Assembly (NCBI GenBank): GCA_017540175.1
Contig: JAFYBN010000008.1
Span: forward strand, 10,030-74,029
Source: Clostridia bacterium
Lineage (GTDB): Bacteria; Bacillota; Clostridia; Oscillospirales; CAG-272
DNA: 64,000 nucleotides
Reading direction: 5' to 3'
Below the pieces are notes generated by a model, which was not told the DNA's origin, searched no databases, and saw nothing but the letters and a program-made list of their open reading frames with translations. Positions 10,242-18,577 of the stretch are shown in pieces. The position numbers were made by a program, and so were the translations under genes. Within the stretch, counting starts at the first letter, position 1. Every line of letters begins with the position of its first letter.

Positions 10242-11513
10242 ATGAACATCATCGTCATCGGTTCCGGCGGACGCGAGCACGCCATCATCAAAAAGCTCGC
10301 GGAAAATCCCGAAATCACGAAGATCTACGCCCTCCCCGGCAACGGCGGCATGAAGGAAGCCGAGTGCGTTCCCGTCAGCGCGAAGGACCTCGACGGCATC
10401 GTCGAATTTGCGAAAACGCACGACATCGGCTTCGCCGTCGTCGCGCCGGACGATCCCCTCGTGCTCGGCTGCGTCGACCGGCTGGAGGAAGCAGACATCC
10501 CCTGCTTCGGTCCGCGCGCGAACGCCGCGATCATCGAGGGCTCGAAGGTTTTCTCGAAAAACCTCATGAAGAAATACGGCATCCCCACGGCGGCATACGA
10601 GGTCTTCGACGACCCCGCCGCCGCGCGGGCGTATCTCGACACCGCCTCCTTCCCCATCGTGATCAAGGCGGACGGGCTCGCGCTCGGCAAGGGCGTGCTC
10701 ATCTGCGCCGACCGCTCCGAGGCGGACGCCGCCCTCAGTGAGATCATGGAGACAAAAATCTTCGGCGAAAGCGGCAATCACGTCGTGATCGAAGAATTCC
10801 TCACGGGTCCCGAGGTTTCCGTGCTCGCGTTCACGGACGGCGAGACCGTCGTTCCGATGATCTCCTCCATGGACCACAAGAGAGCGGGGGACGGGGACAC
10901 CGGGCTCAACACCGGCGGCATGGGCACTGTCGCGCCGAATCCGTACTATACGGAAGAGGTCGCCGAGCGGTGCATGAACGAAATCTTTCTGCCCACGATC
11001 CGCGCGATGAACGCGGAGGGGCGCACCTTCAAGGGCTGCCTCTACTTCGGGCTCATGATCACGAAGGACGGCCCGAAGGTGATCGAATACAACTGCCGCT
11101 TCGGAGACCCGGAGACGCAGGTGGTGCTTCCCCTGCTCGAAACCGACCTCTTCACGATCATGAAGGCGACCCGCGCGGGAACGCTTTCCTCGCTCGACAT
11201 CCGCTGGAAGAAGGGCGCGGCGTGCTGCGTGATCCTCGCCTCCGCGGGCTATCCGAAGAAATACGAATCCGGCTTCCCGCTCATTCTGCCCGAGCAGCCG
11301 AAGCACGGCGCACAGATTTTCGTCGCCGGCGCGAAGCTCAAGGACGGCGTCCTCGTGACGGGCGGCGGACGGGTTGTCGGCGTGACGGCGGTCGCCCCCA
11401 CTCTTGCCGAGGCTGTGAAGAACGCGTATGAAGCCGCCGAGGACGTGAAATTCGAAAACCGCACGATGAGACACGACATCGGCGCCCGGGCTCTGGCCTG
11501 CAAAGGAGAATAA
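10242..11513 (+). CDS. purD: phosphoribosylamine--glycine ligase
   Basis: 423 aa. MNIIVIGSGGREHAI... and an ATP-grasp PurD sequence throughout. Confidence 0.95.
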   Translation: MNIIVIGSGGREHAIIKKLAENPEITKIYALPGNGGMKEAECVPVSAKDLDGIVEFAKTHDIGFAVVAPDDPLVLGCVDRLEEADIPCFGPRANAAIIEGSKVFSKNLMKKYGIPTAAYEVFDDPAAARAYLDTASFPIVIKADGLALGKGVLICADRSEADAALSEIMETKIFGESGNHVVIEEFLTGPEVSVLAFTDGETVVPMISSMDHKRAGDGDTGLNTGGMGTVAPNPYYTEEVAERCMNEIFLPTIRAMNAEGRTFKGCLYFGLMITKDGPKVIEYNCRFGDPETQVVLPLLETDLFTIMKATRAGTLSSLDIRWKKGAACCVILASAGYPKKYESGFPLILPEQPKHGAQIFVAGAKLKDGVLVTGGGRVVGVTAVAPTLAEAVKNAYEAAEDVKFENRTMRHDIGARALACKGE

Positions 11514-14500
11514 ATGGTATACAGATGTTATGTGGAAAAACGCCCCGGACTGACCGTCGAAGCGGACGCGCTGAAGGATGAAATCAATTCCACCCTCGGC
11601 ATAATTTCTCTGACCGGTCTGCGCGTCGTGAACCGCTATGACGCGGAAGGCCTTGACGCGGAGCTGTTCGACTACGCGAAGCACACCGTTTTCTCGGAAC
11701 CTCAGGTCGATCTCGTGAGCGATACCCTCTCCGTGCCGGAAGGCGCGCGGGTTTTCGCCGTCGAATATCTGCCCGGTCAGTACGACCAACGGGCGGATTC
11801 CGCGGCGCAGTGCATCCAGATCATTTCCCGCGGAACGCGACCCGCCGTGCTTTCGGCAAAGGTCTATCTGCTCGAGGGAGACCTCACGCCGGATGAGCTC
11901 GACGCGATCAAGAAATACGTCATCAACCCGGTTGAAGCGCGGGAAGCGGATCTCGCGGAAAGAACCACGCTCGAGCGGCAATACGACGTTCCAGCGGATG
12001 TGGCGGTCCTCGACGGGTTCCGGGCGTTGAAGGACGAAGATCTCGCTCCCTTTATCGCAAAATGGGGCCTTGCGATGGACGAAGGCGATCTCGCGTTCAC
12101 ACGATCCTATTTCAGCGGGGAGATGAGGGATCCCACCCTCACGGAAATCCGCATGATCGACACCTATTGGTCCGATCACTGCCGCCACACGACCTTCCTC
12201 ACGACCATCGACAGCGCGCGCTTTGAGGATCCGCTGCTCGAGAGCTCCTATCAGCGTTATTTAAGCCTCCGGGGGAGGCTCGGCAGGGACAAAAAGCCGG
12301 TGACGCTCATGGACCTCGCTACCGTCGCGTGCCGCGCGCTCAAAGCGGACGGAAAGCTCCCGAAGCTCGATGAGAGCGAGGAGATCAACGCCTGCACGGT
12401 GAAGATCGACGTGGAGTTCGGCAAGAAAACCGAGAAATGGCTCCTGCTCTTCAAAAACGAAACGCACAACCACCCGACCGAGATCGAGCCCTTCGGCGGC
12501 GCGGCGACCTGCATCGGCGGCGCGATCCGCGACCCGCTCTCCGGGCGGAGCTATGTTTACGCCGCGATGCGCGTGACCGGCGCGGGCGACCCGACCGTTC
12601 CCATTTCGGACACCCTGCCGGGCAAGCTGCCGCAGAAGAAGCTCGTCACCACGGCGGCGGCGGGATATTCCTCCTACGGCAACCAGATCGGGCTTGCCAC
12701 CGGGCAGGTGAGCGAGCTCTACCATCCCGGCTACGTCGCCAAGCGCATGGAGATCGGCGCGGTGATCGCCGCCGCTCCCGAAAGCGCGATGCGGCGCGAA
12801 AGACCGTGCCCCGGCGATCTTGTGATCCTGCTCGGCGGGCGCACGGGACGGGACGGCTGCGGCGGCGCGACCGGCTCCTCGAAATCCCACACCCTCCACT
12901 CGCTCGAGACCTGCGGCGCGGAGGTCCAAAAGGGCAACGCGCCCGAGGAGAGAAAGCTCCAGCGGCTGTTCCGGAATCCTGCGGCTTCCCTGCTCATCAA
13001 GCGGTGCAACGACTTCGGCGCGGGCGGCGTGTCCGTCGCCATCGGCGAGCTTGCGGACGGACTGCTCATCGACCTCGACAAGGTCCCGAAGAAATACGAC
13101 GGGCTCGACGGCACGGAGCTTGCGATCTCCGAATCGCAGGAGCGCATGGCGGTCGTCGTGGCAAAGGAAGACGCAGAGCGCTTCTGCGCCCTTGCCGCGG
13201 CGGAAAACCTCGAGGCGACCGTCGTCGCGTCAGTGACCGATACGGACCGGCTCGTGATGACGTGGCGCGGAAAGACGATCGTCGATCTCTCCCGCGAATT
13301 CCTCGGCTCAAACGGCGCGGAGAAGCACATCGACGTCTCTCCCGAAGCGCCGAAGCCCTATGACAAGCCCACCCCGGACGATTTCACGGACGGCATGCTC
13401 TCGCTCGTCGGCGACCTCAACGTCGCGTCCCAGCGCGGGCTTGTCGAACGGTTTGACTCCACCATCGGCGCGGGCACGGTGCTCATGCCCTTCGGCGGCG
13501 AATACCAGCTCACCCCTGTTCAGGCGATGGCGCACCGCGTTTCCTCCGAGGACCGCGTCTCCTCCACCGTCTCGCTCATGGCGTGGGGCTACAACCCCAT
13601 GATCGCGGAAAAGAGCCCCTACCACGCCTCCTATCTCGCGGTCGTGGAATCGGTCTCGAAGCTCGTCGCGTCCGGCGCATCCTTCGAGGACGTGTACCTG
13701 ACCTTCCAGGAATACTTCGAGAAGCCCATGCGCGACGGAAAGCGCTGGGGCAAGCCGCTCGCCGCCCTGCTCGGCGCGCTCGACGCGCAGATGAGCCTCG
13801 GCGTCGCGTCCATCGGCGGCAAGGATTCCATGAGCGGGTCCTTCGAGAAGCTCGACGTGCCCCCGACTCTCGTTTCCTTCGCGGTCACGACGGATCGGAT
13901 CGAGCACGTGATCTCCCCCGAATTCAAGCAGGCGGGACACCGCGTCACCCTGCTCCTCCCCGAATACGACGAAAACGGTCTCCCGACGGCGGATTCCCTC
14001 ATCAAGAACTTCTCCCTCGTTCATGAGGGCATTGTCTCCGGCAACATCGAAGCCGCCTGGACCTGCGGGTACGGCGGCGCTGCGGAGGGCGTCTTCAAAA
14101 TGGCGCTGGGCAACCGGATCGGCTTTGCCGCCGCGGACAACGTGAAGCTCTCCGATCTCTTCGGCTACCGGTACGGCGCGTTCGTTCTCGAGTGCGCGGG
14201 CCGCGCGGTCGGCACGATGATCGGCGAGACGATCCCGGTGGAGTCCTTCGTGCTGAGAGGCGATTCCGTCTCTCTCGCACAGCTTGAGAAGGTCTATGAC
14301 GGCGTGCTCGAGGGCGTCTACCCCGTGAACGCGAAGAATCAGAACAACGAGGAAAAGCCCGAAACCGTGACGGCGAAGCCCGCTGTGCGCATCCACTCTC
14401 CCGAACGCTTCGCAAAGCCGCGCATCCTCATTCCGGTCTTCCCGGGCACGAACTGCGAGGTCGACACCGCGAAGGCGCTCTGCAACGCGGGCTTCGACGC

Positions 14501-15212
14501 GAAGATCATGATCCTGCGCAACCTCACGCCCGCGGACGTCGCGGATTCCGTGGACGCCTTCGCGCGGGAGCTGAAGCAGGCACAGGCGATCTTTGTTCCC
14601 GGCGGCTTCTCCGGCGGCGACGAGCCGGACGGGAGCGGCAAGTTCATCACGGCGTTCTTCCGCTCCGGCGCGGTCAAGGACGGCACGAACGAGCTGCTCA
14701 AAATCCGCGGCGGCCTGATGTGCGGCGTGTGCAACGGCTTCCAGGCGCTCGTCAAGCTCGGGCTCGTCCCCTTCGGCGAGATCCTCGACACGGACGAGAA
14801 CTGCCCGACCCTGACCTACAACCTCATCGGACGCCACCAGTCCCGCATCGTGCGCACGAGGATCGCTTCGAACAAATCCCCGTGGCTGATGAACACGCAG
14901 ATCGGCGACATTTACAGCGTGCCGATCTCCCACGGCGAAGGCCGCTTCATCGCAAGCGAATCCGTTCTCGCCTCCCTGAAGGAGAACGGTCAGATCGCGA
15001 CGCAGTACGTTGACATGGACGGCGAGGCGACGATGGACATCGACTTCAACCCGAACGGATCCGTGCTCGCGATCGAAGGCATCACCTCACCCGACGGCCG
15101 CGTGCTCGGCAAGATGGGACACACGGAACGGTACAACCGCGGTCTCTACGTCAACGTCCCCGGCAATTACGACATGGGCATGTTCGACTCCGCGGCGGCG
15201 TATTTCAGATAA
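11514..15212 (+). CDS. purL: phosphoribosylformylglycinamidine synthase, single-chain (clostridial-type large PurL)
   Basis: 1232 aa. The FGAM synthetase domain is followed by a C-terminal glutaminase domain (…GVCNGFQAL…, …SHGEGRF…). ATG lies immediately after the purD stop, behind AAAGGAGAA. Confidence 0.95.
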   Translation: MVYRCYVEKRPGLTVEADALKDEINSTLGIISLTGLRVVNRYDAEGLDAELFDYAKHTVFSEPQVDLVSDTLSVPEGARVFAVEYLPGQYDQRADSAAQCIQIISRGTRPAVLSAKVYLLEGDLTPDELDAIKKYVINPVEAREADLAERTTLERQYDVPADVAVLDGFRALKDEDLAPFIAKWGLAMDEGDLAFTRSYFSGEMRDPTLTEIRMIDTYWSDHCRHTTFLTTIDSARFEDPLLESSYQRYLSLRGRLGRDKKPVTLMDLATVACRALKADGKLPKLDESEEINACTVKIDVEFGKKTEKWLLLFKNETHNHPTEIEPFGGAATCIGGAIRDPLSGRSYVYAAMRVTGAGDPTVPISDTLPGKLPQKKLVTTAAAGYSSYGNQIGLATGQVSELYHPGYVAKRMEIGAVIAAAPESAMRRERPCPGDLVILLGGRTGRDGCGGATGSSKSHTLHSLETCGAEVQKGNAPEERKLQRLFRNPAASLLIKRCNDFGAGGVSVAIGELADGLLIDLDKVPKKYDGLDGTELAISESQERMAVVVAKEDAERFCALAAAENLEATVVASVTDTDRLVMTWRGKTIVDLSREFLGSNGAEKHIDVSPEAPKPYDKPTPDDFTDGMLSLVGDLNVASQRGLVERFDSTIGAGTVLMPFGGEYQLTPVQAMAHRVSSEDRVSSTVSLMAWGYNPMIAEKSPYHASYLAVVESVSKLVASGASFEDVYLTFQEYFEKPMRDGKRWGKPLAALLGALDAQMSLGVASIGGKDSMSGSFEKLDVPPTLVSFAVTTDRIEHVISPEFKQAGHRVTLLLPEYDENGLPTADSLIKNFSLVHEGIVSGNIEAAWTCGYGGAAEGVFKMALGNRIGFAAADNVKLSDLFGYRYGAFVLECAGRAVGTMIGETIPVESFVLRGDSVSLAQLEKVYDGVLEGVYPVNAKNQNNEEKPETVTAKPAVRIHSPERFAKPRILIPVFPGTNCEVDTAKALCNAGFDAKIMILRNLTPADVADSVDAFARELKQAQAIFVPGGFSGGDEPDGSGKFITAFFRSGAVKDGTNELLKIRGGLMCGVCNGFQALVKLGLVPFGEILDTDENCPTLTYNLIGRHQSRIVRTRIASNKSPWLMNTQIGDIYSVPISHGEGRFIASESVLASLKENGQIATQYVDMDGEATMDIDFNPNGSVLAIEGITSPDGRVLGKMGHTERYNRGLYVNVPGNYDMGMFDSAAAYFR

Positions 15213-15223
15213 GCACGGAAAAA

Positions 15224-15271
15224 CGCGGATCACCTCCGACTGCGACTGGAGCGTGGTCCGCGCCTTTTTTC
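15224..15271 (+). terminator. intrinsic terminator of the pur operon
   Basis: GCGGAUCAC...GUGGUCCGC stem with inner CUCC...GGAG pairing, followed by CCUUUUUUC. Confidence 0.7.
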
Positions 15272-15386
15272 TCACAAATTACTGCGCCGCATTGACCCCG
15301 AGCGCGTCGGCGATTTGGAACATCACGTCCGGCGCACCCGACGCCGCCGTTTTTGTTGCTTCTGTGCACAAATCGCCGTTTCATAC

Positions 15387-15415
15387 TTGCGCTACGGCGA
15401 AAAAAGTGGTATAAT
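15387..15415 (+). promoter_or_regulatory. sigma-A type promoter (extended -10)
   Basis: TTGCGC, 17-nt spacer, TGgTATAAT. Lies 84 nt upstream of the DUF4430 gene. Confidence 0.5.
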
Positions 15416-15498
15416 GTTCGCACAGAGGGTCCCCCCTCCGCGCGGTGCGGGAACGCTTCCCCGCCGCATTATTTTGATCGATTCAAAGGAGAACTATC

Positions 15499-15894
15499 AT
15501 GAAAAGACTTTTGCCGCTTCTGCTCGCGCTGCTTCTGATCGCGTCGGCGGTCTGCCTCCCTTCCTGCGGAAAGAAGGATGAAGAAAAGAAAGAGGCCGCC
15601 GGGGAAATCACCATTACGGTCGAGGTGATCAACAAGGCGGGCGAGCACAAGGAGCACACCGTGAAGACCGCGAAGACCAATCTCGGCGACGCCCTGCTGG
15701 AAGCGAAAATCGCCGAGGGCGACGTCGGAGAATTCGGTCTCTATATCAAAGCCGTTGACGGCGAGGTCGCCGACTGGGATGCCGATCAGGCATACTGGGC
15801 GCTCTCGAAGAACGGCGAATACCTGATGACCGGCGCGTCCGACACCCCGATCGCGGACGGAGAACACTATGAACTGACCTATACGAAGGGTTAA
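15499..15894 (+). CDS. DUF4430 (transcobalamin-like) lipoprotein
   Basis: Signal peptide with lipobox LPSC-G. The remainder resembles the DUF4430 domain usually paired with ECF S-components. RBS AAAGGAGAA. Confidence 0.75.
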   Translation: MKRLLPLLLALLLIASAVCLPSCGKKDEEKKEAAGEITITVEVINKAGEHKEHTVKTAKTNLGDALLEAKIAEGDVGEFGLYIKAVDGEVADWDADQAYWALSKNGEYLMTGASDTPIADGEHYELTYTKG

Positions 15895-15899
15895 GCCCG

Positions 15900-16424
15900 A
15901 TGGTATCGCACCGGCAGCTCAGGGACATGCTCGTGCTGGCGATGCTCGGCGCGCTGATGTTCGCCGGGAAGCAGGTGTTCGAGGCATTTCCCAACATTCA
16001 CCCGATCGCGATGCTGCTCATGACCTATACCGTCGTCTATCGGGTCCGCGCCCTGATCCCGCTCTATATCTTCGTCCTTCTGGAAGGCGTGTGGGCGGGA
16101 TTCAACATCTGGTGGTTCCCCTACCTGTACATCTGGACGATCCTGTGGGGCATTACGATGCTTCTTCCGAAAAAGATGAAGCCCGGGGTCGCCATGATCG
16201 TTTATCCCGTCGTCTGCGCGCTGTTCGGGCTTTGCTACGGAACGCTTTATTCCCCCGCTCAGGCGGTCATGTTCCACCTGAGCTTCGAATCGACCCTCAA
16301 ATGGATCGTGATGGGGCTGCCGTGGGACGGACTGCACGCACTCGGAAACCTCGGCATGGGTCTTTTGATCTACCCCCTGTCGCGCGTGCTCGCGAAACTC
16401 GACGCGTCCGGACAAACGGTTTAA
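15900..16424 (+). CDS. ECF-transporter S-component-like membrane protein
   Basis: 174 aa with about 5-6 hydrophobic helices rich in W/Y/F. Lies 5 nt after the DUF4430 gene. No ECF A/T genes are in the window. Confidence 0.6.
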   Translation: MVSHRQLRDMLVLAMLGALMFAGKQVFEAFPNIHPIAMLLMTYTVVYRVRALIPLYIFVLLEGVWAGFNIWWFPYLYIWTILWGITMLLPKKMKPGVAMIVYPVVCALFGLCYGTLYSPAQAVMFHLSFESTLKWIVMGLPWDGLHALGNLGMGLLIYPLSRVLAKLDASGQTV

Positions 16425-16443
16425 CAAACCGAAAACCGAATAG

Positions 16444-16500
16444 AAAAAACGGGCTGACGCATTCCCCGGTTTCCCGGAGACTTGCGTCAGCCCTGTTTTG
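16444..16500. terminator. bidirectional intrinsic terminator
   Basis: AAAAAAC-GGGCUGACGCA...UGCGUCAGCCC-UGUUUUG between convergent genes. Confidence 0.7.
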
Positions 16501-16555
16501 GTTCCGCGAACCGCCGATCAGCGGCAAGCGGTAAAGGCTGCAAGCGGCGGATGAC

Positions 16556-18037
16556 TCAGTTTATGATCTTTTCGAAGTTCGCGAGCATCTTGTCGAGCAG
16601 CTTCACCGCGCTGCGCTGCTGCTTCTCGTAATATGAGCCCACGCCCGTACCGGAGGCCCCGAGATCGCCGAGGATGTTCTTGAACGGCAGATCGTAGGCA
16701 TAGGCAAACGAGGTCATGCGGGTATCGGCGATGATCTGGAGCATTTCGGCGTCGTCCGGGGAGTCCGCCATGCGCCGCTTCATCGAAACGTCGAAATAAA
16801 CGGGCAGGACGTGCTGATAGTTGTAGCAGGAAAGCGCTTCGCAGATCGTTCCGACGATGTCGGTCTGCTCGCCCGAGACGGTCGTGGGAATGCCCCACGG
16901 TCCGTCCGTACAGCAGTTCACATAGTCCTTCTGCGTCTCGTCGAGCTTCGGGCAGGGGAGGAAACCGTAGGTGAAATCAAAACTGCTGTAAATATCGTAC
17001 GCGTCGCCGATCTCGCCGAGGTTGACAAGGCTGTTTCCGGTCTGGAAGACGGCGCTGCCGAAGAAATCGCCCGCGTCGAGATAATCCTGCGTGCCCATGA
17101 GCTCGCGCATTTTGGCGACGTAGCGATCGGTGCGGTCGAGGTCAAGGCTGAGTTCGATCCGCCCCTCGGCGTTTCTGGAATAGGGGGTGACCCCGACGGA
17201 CTCCTGGAAGCAGTAATAGGTCTGGCTGCCCGTGACGAATCCGATCCGGTCGCTCGCGTCGATCTTTCCGTTGCCGTCAAGATCGCTCGCCACGTCCCGG
17301 ACGTAGGCAAGCATCGCGTCCAGCGTCCAGGTCCCCTCGCGCACGGCGTCGTAGGGAACGCCGATCATGAGTTCGCCCGCGATATCCTTATTCACCATGA
17401 GCGCCCGCGTCCAATGGATGCCGAGATAGGAAAGGTAGCTCGACATGGCGTAGAGCGAATCGTTGATCGTGAGGGTATCGAGCATAATGGGCGGCCACCA
17501 CGGCTTCGAAAAATCAAACTGGCCGACGGACTTCATGTCGAGCAGATACCCCTTCGGCGCAAACGCGTAGGTGATATAGTCCGGCGCGACCATGACGTCG
17601 AAGGCGTCGTCCGCGGTCTTGATGGATTTCATGAAGGTATTCGAGTCGTTGCCGTAGAGATCGTAGGACAGCTTCACGTTGAAGCGCTGCTCGATGTAGA
17701 GCGTCGAATCGCGCAGGGCGTCCTTCACGGGCGTGCCGGTGTAGTCGTCCATGGAGATGACGTATTCCGCCATCGGGACGCCGTTGCCCTGACCGCAGGC
17801 GATGCGGAAGCCGTATCCCCCGAAATCGGTGTCGGGCAGGCCGTCCGTAAGAAGGGTCTCTTCCGGTTCGGTCTCTTCTTCCTCAGGCGTCGGGGACGCG
17901 CTCGAAACAGGCTCGGCGGCCGGTTCGGCTTCGGCGGACGGGGCGTCCTTGTTTGTCTCGCTCTCGCCGCAGGAAACAAGGAGCGGCAGCATGAGAAGAG
18001 CGGCGAGGAGGAAACAAAGGATTTTCTTCGTTTTCAT
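16556..18037 (-). CDS. extracellular solute-binding lipoprotein (ABC sugar-binding family-like), orphan
   Basis: 493 aa. Signal peptide plus lipobox LVSC-G, an acidic linker, then SBP-like sequence. No permease or ATPase genes are adjacent. Confidence 0.7.
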   Translation of the reverse strand: MKTKKILCFLLAALLMLPLLVSCGESETNKDAPSAEAEPAAEPVSSASPTPEEEETEPEETLLTDGLPDTDFGGYGFRIACGQGNGVPMAEYVISMDDYTGTPVKDALRDSTLYIEQRFNVKLSYDLYGNDSNTFMKSIKTADDAFDVMVAPDYITYAFAPKGYLLDMKSVGQFDFSKPWWPPIMLDTLTINDSLYAMSSYLSYLGIHWTRALMVNKDIAGELMIGVPYDAVREGTWTLDAMLAYVRDVASDLDGNGKIDASDRIGFVTGSQTYYCFQESVGVTPYSRNAEGRIELSLDLDRTDRYVAKMRELMGTQDYLDAGDFFGSAVFQTGNSLVNLGEIGDAYDIYSSFDFTYGFLPCPKLDETQKDYVNCCTDGPWGIPTTVSGEQTDIVGTICEALSCYNYQHVLPVYFDVSMKRRMADSPDDAEMLQIIADTRMTSFAYAYDLPFKNILGDLGASGTGVGSYYEKQQRSAVKLLDKMLANFEKIIN

Positions 18038-18072
18038 GTTCTTGACTCCGTTTCGTGTGAATCGTTTAGTGA

Positions 18073-18101
18073 ATTATACCATGATCCGGAGAACATGTCA
18101 A
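18073..18101 (-). promoter_or_regulatory. consensus sigma-A promoter for the SBP gene
   Basis: On the minus strand: TTGACA, 17-nt spacer, TGgTATAAT. Confidence 0.65.
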
Positions 18102-18202
18102 TCTTCAGCGGAGGAATCACGAAAAAACACGGCGCGGATATTACAAAAAAACGCAGCCCGGCGCGTAGGAATAAACGCGGGATCGGCACGGCGGCGGGAC
18201 CC

Positions 18203-18255
18203 GAAAAGAAAACCGCCGCCCGATCCGGTGTGAAAACCAAACGGCGCGGCGGTTC
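18203..18255 (-). terminator. putative intrinsic terminator after the 71-aa gene / frd operon
   Basis: On the minus strand: AACCGCCGC...GCGGCGGUU (9 bp, large loop) followed by UUCUUUUC. Confidence 0.45.
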
Positions 18256-18279
18256 TGAAAGACGAAGCGTTATTCCCGC

Positions 18280-18495
18280 TCATTTTCTGCGCCTCTTGTT
18301 GATGGCGCCGATCATGCCGAGCAGAACGAGCACGACCGCGGAGGCGGCGACAACGATGAGAATGGTCGGAAGCGTGTCTCCCGTGAAGGGCGCGAGCGCC
18401 TGACCGGCGTTCGGATAAGGGAGCTTCTCCGGCAAAGCGAGCCCGGAAATCGCCAGCATCAGCCGGCTGAGGAGGACGGTCATCATGTATTTCAC
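18280..18495 (-). CDS. 71-aa secreted peptide with C-terminal sorting-signal-like tail
   Basis: GTG start behind GGAGAA (9-nt spacing). N-terminal signal peptide MKYMMTVLLSRLMLAISGLA. C-terminus reads APFTG-DT, then a 21-aa hydrophobic stretch, then KRRRK. Codons are GC3-rich. Confidence 0.5.
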   Translation of the reverse strand: MKYMMTVLLSRLMLAISGLALPEKLPYPNAGQALAPFTGDTLPTILIVVAASAVVLVLLGMIGAINKRRRK

Positions 18496-18577
18496 AGTTT
18501 ATGTTCTCCGTATTTCATTTTTGTGAATACATTATAACACATTCTACATCGTTTTGCAATACTGTATTTAAGATTTC

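Noticed and set aside
10212-14933. Very long minus-strand ORFs (658 aa at 10212-12188; 541 aa at 13308-14933) opposite purD/purL
   Set aside because: They are antisense shadows of unmistakable PurD and PurL coding sequence. They have no RBS or recognisable motifs, and their composition is dominated by R/G/D/H/V.
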